A stretch of 64,000 nt of DNA from Yuukianura sp. NJ FZ-2021 (Eukaryota): assembly GCA_046563655.1 (NCBI GenBank), contig CM102289.1, forward strand, positions 4,960,001-5,024,000, in the 5' to 3' direction. Below, one piece after another: positions 24,801-38,100 of the stretch. Each line of letters starts with the position of its first letter. The stretch's first letter is position 1. The notes below the pieces were generated by a model that was not told where the DNA came from, did no database searches, and saw only the letters and a program-made list of their open reading frames with translations. The position numbers and the translations under genes are program-made.

Positions 24801-25989
24801 AATTCAATTTTCGAAATGAGTAATGTCCATTCCAAACTTCCAATTTCAAAATTCAATTTTAAACTTTTGAAATTTGAGAGAAAGTGAATCCTTTGGTATT
24901 TGGAATTTTTTGAGAAGACAAAATCACCACCACCACCGGAAGAAGAGCAGATTGAAAAATTCCATTTTAAAGGAGGCGGAAATGATGTTGCGTACATGTG
25001 CATGATTTCAAATCCTGGCGGGCATTTTTACTTGTTCCAACTGTCTCTTTCCTTACTGCGTTTGAATGAATGTAGAGCGTGGGAAATTTGAAAAGCTTTA
25101 AAATTTCACGAGGGTCATCTTGTAGAAGATAGTTTCAAAAAAAGTTTTAGGGAAGGAAGAAGACATTAAAGTTGAAAAGTTGACATTCCACAAACCACAT
25201 GAACATGAACGTGTGGTACAGGAGCGGGAAATCGTGGGAGATTTTGAAGTGGTCCAGGATCCCCCATCTTCGTTTCCTATTTGAAAAGTCGCGGGAAAAC
25301 CCGGGTTTTCCGGAACTGGATTAGCATTTGAGTGCCACTTTTTAAATCCTCGAATTTTGAAAATCTCAACAACTTCCGTCAATTTCACCCCTTCATCTTC
25401 CACCCCTCAAACTTTCCCATTATCTGTATCACGATAGCGCTAAAGTGAATGGAACAGGTTTCGCGTGACATGTTAAGCCGCCTCAACTTTTTTTTTGAAA
25501 ATCAGATATCCAGTAGTAAACAATGAAATCAAATTCGTTTCAAAATGCTAAAGTTGTTTCCTCATTCCATTACACTTGACACGACAACTCTGATTTCCTC
25601 AAATTCAAAGCACGCGACAACCTGCCATTTCTGATTTTCCCATAACTCAAAATTCCGGAAGTTTAAATACCGTGAGAACACTTTGGTTTTTAAAAATTGA
25701 CTTTTTAAAACAGGAAGTTTAGGAAGTGATTTTTTTTACTTTGAAAAAAGTTTTAAATTAGCTTGTCGCTGCCATTAGACAGATATTTCATAATTACGCC
25801 TTTTCTCCAGAACGATGTTCGTGAGAACTTCAACTTGGGAATTTGAAATATTTGAAATAACCCACCACAATTCCCAGTAGATCTCCACTACAGACTCATT
25901 TGGTGGGACTCTAATGTATGAACTTTGAATTTCAAAAAAAAAGCAGCAGCAAGGATTTTCAAAATTTGAAAGCATGGCGGGAGAGAAGC

Positions 25990-26165
25990 GGAAGCAGGTG
26001 ACGGTTCCATCGAATGGGGGTGCGGAGGTCAAAGTTGCGACCGAGGTCAGTGACCTGACGTCCGCTGCTTCCTATGACTCACTTCTGGTTTTAATTTTCC
26101 AAAGTTCCCTCTCCCCCATGTCCCCCCGGAAAACCGAAACCGGGAGAGGTCACGTCGAGGTCAGG
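25990..26165. promoter_or_regulatory. Nuclear-receptor response element cluster (perfect IR1 + DR5 + half-site)
   Basis: AGGTCA at 26026-26031; AGGTCA-G-TGACCT at 26044-26056; AGGTCA-cgtcg-AGGTCA at 26147-26163; all in a locally GC-rich island. Confidence 0.6.
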
Positions 26166-29100
26166 CTTCCGTCCCTGTGCTTTCAAATGAGCTCTCCTTC
26201 TGCAGCCGCAGAGTCACAGCCAGTGATCCAGGCAGAAACACGCAGCGAGCAGGCGACACTTCCGCTGTCGCTCGTCGCTGACATGCTCAAACATGTGGAA
26301 AGAGTGAGTAATTACGACATACACTCAAACACAACTGACTCTAACAGAAGTCATCCAGAATTCAAAATTTCAAAATTTTGATTTTGAATTTAACAAAAAA
26401 CTCAGCATGCTTTCTGTTAACAAGGAAATCGACAACTTTTAGGAGGAGTGATCATAATTTTACAAAGATTTATGGAAATTGGCGTGTGGGCGTGAGAGTC
26501 ATAGAATTAAATTTTGGGTGACTGAATTTTTTGAATTTCCCGCTCCAACAACAATGGGCCTTCTGAAGGTTTTCCATTGTTACACTTCCTAATAATCACG
26601 TCAAAATTCATTTCTGTCCCATCTGCTTTATGCCGCCACTTTTGAAATCCATATCGTCCAGTCTGCGCTCCTGTTTTCAAAATTGAATTTTCCCTCCATT
26701 TGTGCCCAATTTGAGCTAACAAGGCGTGTCAAATGAGTTTGAGCCAAATTGAGCCATCAAAACCTTTCTCGCTCCGACACAACTTTTTTGAATTTCCTTT
26801 TGTGTGTTGAAAGGAGCAGCTTGTCCAGCGGTGCAGCTAAAGACTGACCTCGTGACCCCTGGAATTGTTCATCTTTTGTTGATTGTTCATTTGAGGGTGG
26901 AGTGAGCAGGCTTAAGGTGTTGAAACGTCGGTTGGAGGGAAATTTGAATTCAAATTTAAAAAGTGGGATTGAAAAGAAGTTGTTGGCTTCCTGACTTTGT
27001 GCAGTGGAATTTGTATGCGAAGGAGCATCTGTTGTGGAATTACTTAAAGTGCCACACCCACTTTCCTATTATGTCCCCTACTACGTCTTCCAGCCTCTAA
27101 TCACGTCATCACGCCTTTTCCAGCTTCTGTTTGACGCAACAACTGCAAAACATTAAGCTAATTTATAAACAATTCAGTTTATAAACTTTTGGGAAAGTGC
27201 CATTTTTAATTTCAATTTCTTCATAATTTCAAAAACTAAAATCTCGAAACTTCCTAATTAGGTTGTTATTTAATTCAAGTAGAAACTTTTGCAAGTAACA
27301 CTATCGGCAAAACGCAAAACAATTTTTCTTCAACAAAACTTTGGTCCTAATTTGTTCAGTTTAAGACAGTTGGAAAATGTGTCTTTTTAAGCACTTTTTC
27401 TGTTAAAAATTCTCCGTTTTTTGAAAACTCTTTTTAAAAAGTTCAGCAATGAATGACTTTTCCAGGACTCGGTTAGAAGCCCGAGTGGAATCCGCATTGA
27501 AATGCAGATGGAATATTGTAGTTGTTGTGGATAATGGTGAAGGGTTGCATGCCTCCTTGCTTTTGTCGAATGAGCTCTGACCTTTGACCTCTCCAAGAAA
27601 CAGCTTCCTTGCATCTCTGGAGGAGACCAAGCGTTTTAGCAGCATCACTCTCCGCAGCATCCAGCTGCAAAATGTCAACCCAAATCATTCCACTTAATTT
27701 CAACAACAACGGCACTGGCGCTCAAGTCTAAAAAACTGCTCACTATTTTTCTAAGCTTCCAATTAAGCTCCCTCGCACAAGTTGGTTTCGGTCGACCACC
27801 AAAGTCGTGCACTTACTCCCTTTTCAAAATATCGAGCCAAAACACGATCGAATTCGAGATTAGGAACTAAAGTACTAAAAATCCCAGTAGATAATCCCAG
27901 AATTTTGGTCGTACGACGAACACCACATTGGTCATAAGACATACGCCAAATTAATTTCGAATTCAAAAAAAGTAAAAATTTTGTTCAAAATTTTTGCAGA
28001 GTTGTATGATGATCCACTTGGATGATTTGATGAGGAGATCAAAGAAATTATTTAAAGTCCATTGGGAACTGATTTGGTAAAATCAAAGGAAAATCTAATT
28101 GAGTTCAAAAAGTGCTTTGACTGTTTGAGCGGCTAAATTTAAAAAAGTGTCTCCCTGAGCTGGTGCATGTCTGTTTTATGTACAGTGTGTTCCAGTAGTA
28201 GTACAATATGATTAATAATTTGGCTGTTTGTTTTCTAAGGCAGAAGGACGTTTGATAAATTTGGTTACGTTGTGGCCCAAGAGAGGAATTCATCTTTCCC
28301 CGTCTGCGACTCCCGTGATCATGATGAAGCGGGAAACTGTCTAATGGATGACTATTCGTCGGAATGCATTTCACTCGATTTCATTCGACTAACAAAGTGG
28401 AAGAGGCTTCTGATCTCAAACTTTTAGGCTTCCCACAAACGACTCCAAAAGAAGCCTAAATTCCGCTTTTCTCCTTCAGTCTGACGGAGACGAATTGAGC
28501 TCATTAGTTTCCCGTCCGAATGAAAACTGAGAGCTTCAAGATGAGCTTAGATCATCAAGGGAAGGAGCAAGATGAAGTTCCGTTTTACAGTTTTTTTTAT
28601 AAGGAAACTTCACTTTGTGAAAATTAACTCAGAATATACCCAACATCCAAGGTTTCATCACTTCAAAACCAAAATTTCCCGGAGAAAAAGGGCGGGAACA
28701 TACCTTGACAGCGGTGCTTAATTTTAAGAATTTTGAAAAAAAGAGAAACAGTTTCTCATTGGCTGAAAGTTTCAAAAAAAGTAGAGAAAGACAAAGAAAA
28801 AGTTGTGGGCGGTAACCCTTTCCCGGTGAAGCACATCACGAACCGACTGTTTTTTGTAAAAACGTAAAAATTTTGTGTTCGCCATTCTTTTACCGCCATT
28901 GGATTTTCGAAAAAAGAAAAAAAGCGGGAAGCAGGCAACATAAATTGAGCTAATTAGATTAACGGAGCATTTAAAATGTTCCATGGTTATTTTAAGTGAA
29001 AGCAATAAAGTAAAGACTTTGAAAATTTATGGTCACTGGAGAGGGAGTGACGTTAACTGTCCTCTGTTCCATATGTACAGCCTGTCTTTGTTCTAAAAAG

Positions 29101-32100
29101 AACTTTTTTAAATTTAAGTTAGAACAGTGTTCTAACTTTAGTTTTTTGTTTAGAATGAAAACCAGATGTAATTCATCAGGAAGTGAACTACTGGAGTGTG
29201 TCTCTTTAAAAGTGTCACAGAAGGGACTTTTTTAAGTGTTGGAGATGCGCAGGAGCTCTAATTGTTTCCATAATGTTCCCTCTTTTTTAAAATGTGGTAA
29301 AACATGGAATTTTACCATTTTCCTTCCCGCGAGAATTCAAAAAGTTTGTCTTTTCAAAAAAGAGTGAACTTTTAAGTTATTTTAACCAAACGTTGGACAT
29401 GTGTCTTGCGACAACAAAAGATTTTTTAGAAGGAAAAAAGTTTAGTGTTTTTGTACAACGTATTGGAATTTTGCTTTTCCGACGAAAATTTTTGGGTTTG
29501 ACTAAAACTGTGAATAAACAGAAAGGAAAACAGGACAAAATTAAGTCATAAATCAGTTTTTTTTTCAATTGTCAACATGCTTTGTGCATCATTCTTGCTT
29601 GTGGCGAAGAACAAGAATATTTGTTAATATTAAAAAAAGCGAGGGGATTCCTTGTTCATATCTGATTAGTATTCCTCTCCTGCCACTTTGCACCCGTTCA
29701 TCAAAACCACACAATACAAAGCTGTTGACTTTGTTCAAAAGCCATTTTTCAAAAAAACACACCATTTTTAAAAAGTTGAAAAGCCACAAAAGTTTTCAAA
29801 AAATGAACAAACAAGTGAAGAAATACATTTTAAACCTCCTAGTTTCGCTCACTTTGTTTACGTTAGGTTTTAGTAGGCCAGGTTAAGGTAGGGCAAAGTA
29901 AAATTCAAATGTGAGAAAATTTGTAATCTCCCGCTTTTTCTGTCTTTTTTAAAAAAGTTGGCTGTACATATTTTGTGATTGTGTTTAAGGTTAAGAGGAA
30001 GGAAGATTTAGGAGGGTGAGGTCAAGAGTTTAATTGATGTTGGAGGCTAAATAGTCTGAGAGACTCCCTGCTGCGCCCAAATGGAAATTTTTAAAAATCA
30101 AAACTAAAGTAATTTCTTGTGGTGAGTCCAAGTCGTTTGACAGGATTTGGATCATGAGCTCTTAAAAATTTCTCAAAAGTTAGGTTAGGTGCCAAAGTTA
30201 ACGTTTCCAGGTTAAGTACAGCCAAGCCCAACGTTTAGGTTAAGTGCCAAATATGCTTTTGTTGACTAAAATATTGGCAATAAAATTGGCAAAGGGACTC
30301 TGGACACTTTTTGAACCAAAAAACGCTGTCGTTGCTCTGTAAAAGTCGTGAGGGTTGGAAGGGCCCCGGGGGCCCTTGGCATAGCAATTACCCAGGGACT
30401 CATTAATTCCCTTTTGACAACAGTCAGAGAGAGGGATGATGTGGCTTCAAACCTCTCCAATGTTTTTCATCCCCCTTGTCCTCATATTTCACACAACTTT
30501 TTATGACTTACAAAATCTCAAAAGTGGTCAACTTTTTAAAACAAGTTTGAATTCGAGGGAGAAAAAAACGAAGCCAAAGGCAATTTCTGAATTCTCTCCT
30601 CTTGCATAATCAAATTTTGTTTGTTTCACGCTAACCTAAGTGTAGCCAAAAAAGTACAAATCGGCGAAACAGCATAGTTGGCGCTGGGGAAGCAAAAAGT
30701 TTGAACTAAATTTTTCAGATTTTTTTTTGAGCGGCGTGACTGAAATTAAAAGCTTTCGGCTACACGGCTACTGAGCAGAGACAGGTAAAAAAGAGGGAAG
30801 CTTTGAATGTTTTTTTTTCAAATTTAAAAAAACCGCCTCTCTGACAATGACTGTGATGATGACTCGTAAGGAGCTTAGGGAATGACCATCAGTCACCCAA
30901 GGAGGATGAGGACACACGGAGCGACTAATTCCCTTTGACAAAAGGCCGGTGCATAACCACTGCCACACGGCGCATAAGTCTTCTGCGCATACTCAAATTA
31001 ATGAGAGCCAATTTCGAAAGTGCTCAAATAATTGCTCGTTCATGATTTTCAAAAAAGTAGGGTTTTGCCGCCTTTTTAAGCAAGGCTAAAGAATTAGAAA
31101 AAAAATCATCTCTCAAGAGTTCATGTCCATCTTAAAGTTGCCAGAGGCTGGTGAGCAAAAACTTGGAATTTTAGCAAATTCAAATTAAACTTTGGCGCTG
31201 CCGTGGTTTTAGACAATAAATCATCTCCTGCACAACTACAATTCTTGCGGAATCCCTACTGCTAAAATCAATTTCAGAAGCCACAACACTTTTGCCTTTG
31301 TACAGGAACGCAATCAATTCAAATCCAAACACAAAATCTGTTTGAACAAAAATTCTCACGATTTGAAAAACGAAGGAAAATTTTGAATTTTTGAGGAGTC
31401 CCTTGAGTCCATTTTTCTTATAAAACGGATTTTGAAAGTACCCTCTACTTTTGGTGCCCTTAAGCGGATAGTGGAAGTCCACTGTAATGAATTATGCATG
31501 CATAAGGAAAAGTTGTGTGTGAAATCTCATGGGATCAATTTCCCGGGTCCATTTTCAAAAAATCCGGACTGAAATGGGGGTTGTAGGGATTTATGGACAT
31601 TGTCCATCGACCTACGAACGATTTCCAATAAAATGAATTTTGATCAAAAACCTTGAATTCGTAAGTAAGGTAGCACAAGTTCCCTGCTCCGTTAGGTTTT
31701 CGATTAGGTTAGGTTAGGCTACTGTGTTAGGTTGATGGGTTATGGTAAGTATGTTCGGAAATTGAATAATAAGCTGGACCTTTATTTACTTTTCCTTCTC
31801 CCAAAAACTCCCGGGAGAAATCCTTGATTCGGGTAAAATGAATTCATGGATTCTGGATCCGAAGCGTATCAAAAAAAAACTGACTCAATCCAGTCACCCG
31901 AATGTGAATATGTGAAGAAAAAGGGATTTTGAAGGCCCGTTGGAAGCCCTTTAAGGGCTCCCAGTTTTTATATAAATTTTAAGAAAAAGGGATTTGAGAA
32001 ATGTCCACTTTTGTGTTTTCGGTTACTAAAGCTCACGAGTCGTATCTTTTTCTTTTGTGTTCAACGACATTTATTCAGAACCAAATGCCCGAAACGCTTT

Positions 32101-35100
32101 GAATTTTCTTTGTTGGACATTTGGACCTCCACGGAAGAAAAAAAAATCTTTGAGAAATACAAATAATCGAACGATTTCGATTTTGAAAAATCCGAGCTTT
32201 TTGAAATATTGAAATTTTTCCCATGAAAATTCTTTTCGGGGTCTTCACATGTTGGAAAACGATGCGTGACAAACTGAGCGGCAAAGACTTTTCAAATTTA
32301 CTCAAAATTCGCGTTGCTAATTCCCATTCTTGAAAAAATTTTGCGAAAATTGGCCATTCAAAAAGATAAGGGGTGGGTGGTCTTGGATTTTTTCATTTGA
32401 AAACAGGAACCGTAAAATTTTTAATTAGCAAAAGACATGACACTTTCAAGTAGACAAGAAAATTGGAAAGGGAAAGATTTATGTTTGAAAACAGATTTTT
32501 TGCGTTTTGAAAACGGCCTTAAAAAGTTCAAAATGGTAAAATTCAAATTCTGTCACTTTTAAAATTTAAAGTCCAGGAAAATATTAAAGCGCCAAATTAC
32601 AAAAAAAAATTCACAGGGTGGTATTGCATGCAAACACGCAAGGATGACACCTTTGGAGGAACAGGGTGCAAATAAACACTTTAAAATTTTTACACTTAAA
32701 ATTGCACACTTGAAGATTTTCAAGTGTTATTCTTTGCACGTAAACATTCATGCACGAGCTGTCATTCAACGTTCAATTTTTTTTTGTATTGGTGATTGAA
32801 TTTTTCAAATCGTGATTGAATCTCCTTTGCGCGCGGGAGTAAACTCAAAAAAAGCTTTCTTTTCATTCAAATTTTCACTTTTCATTCCAAATGCATTGAA
32901 AAAAAATTGTACTTTTTTCCATTTCCTGTTCTTACACCCACATGCTTTACTGCATTTTCCTTTTCGGTTTACACAAAGTTCCACTTTTTCCGGAAGTTCA
33001 AATGCTCAAAATGCATTTTCCAATTTCTGTCAAAAAGACAGAAAAGGGCGCGGAGAAAGTTTTTGAAAAAAAAGTTGGAAAAAAGTTATCTTTTCCACTT
33101 CTGTCAGAACATTCTTTATGCATTGAATAATATTTCATTTCACGATCAAAATTTTTTATATCCAAAATGTAACAAGTGCTTTTCTGACTCATCCTCATCT
33201 TTTTATGTAAAACACAAAAGATTCAGGAAATTAAGTACAAACTCTCCCCTCTACGCCCAACTTTTTTTTCAAAATTGTAAAAAGAGCAAAACGTTTACCC
33301 CATTTTTGAAAATTTGGATTTAATTTGAGTCTGCTGAAACAAAGTGTGTAATTCCAACTCAATTGAACTTTGTTATTAGTAACTGGAAAATTGGTATTTT
33401 TCTGGTAGATCCTCAGCATCCTACTCATGTATTTATCCAACCCTCAAATTTGAACCCTCCTGGCGACAGTGCAAGATCTGTATTTAGGTTAGGTTATTGC
33501 CGTGGCCTAACATACAAAAGTTAGGTTATTATCCAACGTAACTTATTAGGTTAGGTTATTATTTGTGGTTTGAAATGATAGAGTTTACACTCCGTTTAAT
33601 TCTACTCATTGACTCTTGGGTTAATTTCCATTTTTAAATTTTCCCGGAATTTTTGTACTGGAAGTGTAATGCCTACTTGTGTAGATCCGTTTAGTGTAAT
33701 TGATATAATTTCAAATGTTGCCACCTTGGAATTAGAACCATGATCTTTCCCAGCATCGAATTCTTCACTCCCTCCAGTTTAATTTTGCAACTCCTCACCC
33801 ACCTCCTTTCCAACGTTGTAATTTTACAAATTTCAAAATCTACCAGAAGAAAAAAACTTTTTCGTTGTTTCTTGACGGAATACAAGTTACAAATAAGTTG
33901 GAACAATCCTAAGCTTGTAATCACTTGTGCGGAGACATGTAATTGTAGAATCATCCTTTTCTCCAAATAACAATCATCAACAAGCAAGGAGTTTTTAGAG
34001 GGAAGTTCAAAAACACAAAAATTCAAACCCAGTAATCATTCAAACTCCCAAAAAAAACTATGCCCAATTTCTTCAGAAAACTGCTTTATGTTTTCTAATT
34101 TCTTTGGAATACTAACCTTTGGCAATTGGAAATTAGTAGTGGTAAATTCAACTTTTCAAGGCCAATTTCTGCCATTTGATCTTTTGACTTTGCAAATTTG
34201 CAAGGTGCAGGTCTGGTTTGTGAGTAAATTTGAAAGTATTTGAAAATTTGAGGAGGATGTAACACTTTAATCTTCTTGTTTCTCGCTTTTTAATCAACAA
34301 GAGGAGACAATACATAGAAGTGTGAAAGTTCTAAGCATTCAGAACACTGCAGATCAGTTTCTGTGTGAAATTGGAAGTAGGAGAAAGTTATTGTCACCAT
34401 GCCTTTTGTTCTGTGTGGAGGAACAATCTGTCTCCCCTGGTTCGTATTTACCCGTCACCACAAAACCAAGGGAATCTGATTAGGAAGAGATGAATTGAAG
34501 CTAGATACGAACTCTTCCCGCCAAAATTCCATTTCCCCCGGAATCAGGGGAATTGTGCCTCTGACATGGTCCTATTGACACTCGACCAACCTTGGCTCCC
34601 AGTTCTAATTACAAGTCAAACCCATTGTTCTCTCTGAGAACAATACGAGAGAAGAGAGGCCACATTCAAATAGTACAAAATCTCCCGGGAGAAAGTGGAG
34701 AAAACAGGACAGGCGAGGCCAAAACAGGAACTGGCGGCAGATAATTGTAGGTTTGGAAACTGAAGGGTTAGGGAGGAGGACTTTTTAAATTTGGGCGCGT
34801 TAGAACATTAACCCAAAACTCAAAAAACTTTGGGAATGTTTAAAGAAGCGATGCAAAAGGTTATGTTGAGTGTGAGAACGGAGGGAGGGTAACCTCTTGA
34901 CCTTGATTGCCCACTGGCGACTTAGGTTAGGTTAGGCAGAAACATATAATTACAGAGTGCGGGAAATTATTTGAGTTTGGAAGACTGCTACTGATTAATA
35001 GACGCTACCTGCGCACTACTGGAGGGTTTGCTCAAAAACTGCTCAAAGTCATTAACAACTTTCAGTTTTTAGGAAATCCATGACACAAAGTTTTGATTTC

Positions 35101-38100
35101 ATTTTCAAAATTCCCGCCCAGGGAAGGTTAGTATTCTTTTTTGTTCCAAAAATTATTGCGAGCAATTAATTTACGTTTGACTTTTACAACTTTGAGGAAT
35201 ACCCAAAATCCTAATTCGCCCCCGCCCAAAACTTTGTCATAAATGTTTTAAAATGCCAAAATGTATGTGTAGTTACGGCGTTGTGTTGAGCGGCTTGAGA
35301 AAGTTGTGTTTGCAAAATGTTGCAAATTATTTCGCAGTTAACTTGGTATAAAATACATTTTTGCAATTTTTTGCACACATATCCTTCACATGCTTGAGCT
35401 TTAAAAACAGTTGAGGAGACAAGGGTCCATTTGACTGTAATTTATTGAGACAGTAAACTTCAGGGAGCAGCATTTGCAAAAGGTCCAATTTAGATTTATT
35501 GGCAAATCATTTTGACAAACAGAAACGGTTTAGAATCTGCACTAACCCATAATTTGCAAAAACTTATTTGCAAAATTTAAACTGACGAGTAGTAAAAGGA
35601 TTTGAGTAGAATCACTATGCTCATAACTCATGTCACTTCAAATCATTGGTTTAGACGAGACTTTGTGGTTGACCACAAGAAAAAATGCATCAAATGTGAA
35701 CCATTCCGAGGAAAAGTGGCATCTTCGTCATAAAATTTTGACACAAAAAAGTTTCTTGTTCGTTAGTAAACCTTAACCTTCTGTCAAAAAAGATGCATTT
35801 TAGAAAATATAATTACAACAAAATTTACAAGTGAAAAAAACTGACATGTTTTTGCATATATTTGCATCAAGGGGCGTGTCAGGGGTCAAAATTTTCAAAA
35901 TCAGAAAGAGAGTAAATCTTTTCAGAAAAAAATTCCCACCGATTTTCTTAAGATGTTAAACGAAATAAGGCTTGTCTTGTCTTATCACTTTTCGGTGTTA
36001 CCCGGTTTTGTTTTGAACAAAAATGTACAAGATGTTTTTTCTCTTTGTTTGTTTTTTCAAAAGGAACAAAAAGTGACCTGAGTGTGGGGTCAGAATGAGA
36101 ATGAAACTGTTTTTGTGACTGCAAAAAGTTCAAAAACAAATAAGTTGATGAATATTTATAAAAAGGCGGGAACAATGACCTGGTGTACACCTCGTTATGA
36201 GCATAACGGAAAGCTGTCACTGTTTTTGTCGACGGGGAAAAGACAATTGGCAACTGGAAGTGTCACTATCTTTGTCGCATCTTGTCACATGTCATGCGAC
36301 ACAGTTGGCAGTTGGCTTGAGCGACACTTTGAAAAAAAAGTTCAGAAGATCAGTTTTTTTTGTGTGTGAAGATGAGGTGTGATATTTAAAAATTGTAAAT
36401 TCTTTGGAACCTATTTTGTGTAAATTATTCAATTCTCACCAACTAATTTTTCAATTTGTTCTCTCTGTTCATCTTGAGAACAAAGAAGATGCTGTTCCTT
36501 TGTCTGATCTTGGAATTTGACTTGGGAATTCCCGCCTTTGTTCTCTGTGCCGACTGATTATCCGCTCTATTATTCTTTTACTGTCACAAAAATCTCTTCC
36601 AGTTCCTCTAAAAACCTTGAGGCAATTTGAAACAATGCGGAAAAAATTTATGCTTAAACACTTTTAAAAACTTGCCGCTTCAAAATTAAAGATATGCACC
36701 AACTCTACAAAAATAAAAATTGGCTTTTCAAAATTTAAAGTTACAAAAAAATATGTAACTTTCTACCGTTACCTTATGAGTTGGCGTTGTAACTGACTTT
36801 TTGTTTTTTGAAACTTTAGGAGCTTTTTTTTTTCAAAAAAAATATGTTTGAATGATGTAGAAAGTAGGAGGGGTGTCAACCATTTTTCATTGTCTTGTTG
36901 AGATGCGTTTAAATGTTGCTTGTCAATCAAATTGACAGCAGGAGAATCATTGCTAAAAACCTGTTGAGCAAAACTCGTGTTTTTTGTATTTAAAATTTGA
37001 AGTTTTGTTCAAGTTCCAAGAGGCGTTGAAGTGAATCTTGTTTTTTGTTAATTTTTGAAAGTTTTAAGTTAAAACACGTCTGCAACAAAAATGTCATTTC
37101 CTCGCTTTCCAAGTGCAAATGGCATAAAATTTTCCAAAGGTTGCCAACTTTACTTTGAAATTCCACAAAAACTAGAAACTGTTTTTTAAAACTTTCTTTT
37201 CTAAAATTCTTTCTGCTTCAAGAACCCCTGCCTCTGTTTCAATAATTGACAGGAAGAGACGCATGACATTCCCCATTTAAGAAAACGTAGGTCTCACACG
37301 GAGTTTCTTTTGCAATATTTAGGAATTGCATTGTTGGTGCTCTCGGTGCTGGAGGGGGTGAGTGTCCATTTTGTAGCAGTTTGAATTTCGTGCTTTTTCT
37401 TCCTTTGTATTTTACAACCACAAGTCCATAATTCTCAACAATGGACTTCTAAATGCGACCAATTCCACTCCTGCTGTGTCCCTTGTAAAGACTACGTGTT
37501 TACAATTTAACGACCCCCTTCAAGCACTACCAGCGAAAAGGCGCCTAAACTCAAATCCAACCAATGCTCACTCATTGCAAACTTTAAAGCAACAGCAACC
37601 TTTGACCGTCTGAATTATCAGGGTTTTAGGCACTTCTCTTCCCAGCAGCAACCTTGGCCAAGCTTGAAATTTTTAGCAAAAACGCGAATTGGAGGTTTTC
37701 ATTCTGACAGAAGCTTGACGTTTCTTAAGATTCATCGGACAGCTCAAGCTCTGTGAAAAAAATGTTTAATAAATCAAAACTATTGAATGTCCGAAAGTTC
37801 CGAGGAATAGTCAGCCCCCTGTTGCTTCTGTATTGAAACACAGTTCAATTAATTGGATGGCAGGGCTCCTGGGTCGTACAGTGCCCTATGGTCCTACACC
37901 ATCACGGTATTTATCAATGTGAACTTTTGGATTAAGGCCCTTGGAGAAGGGAGGAAGAAGCAAAGGGCTCCAGAATCTGTTCAATGGATTCCTACTGAGC
38001 TGAATGCCCAACTCTAATGATAATAGACTCCAACCTTCAATGTATCACATCACACATCAAATCCCTTGGACATCCAGGGGCAGTTCAAATCTAATTTTGG

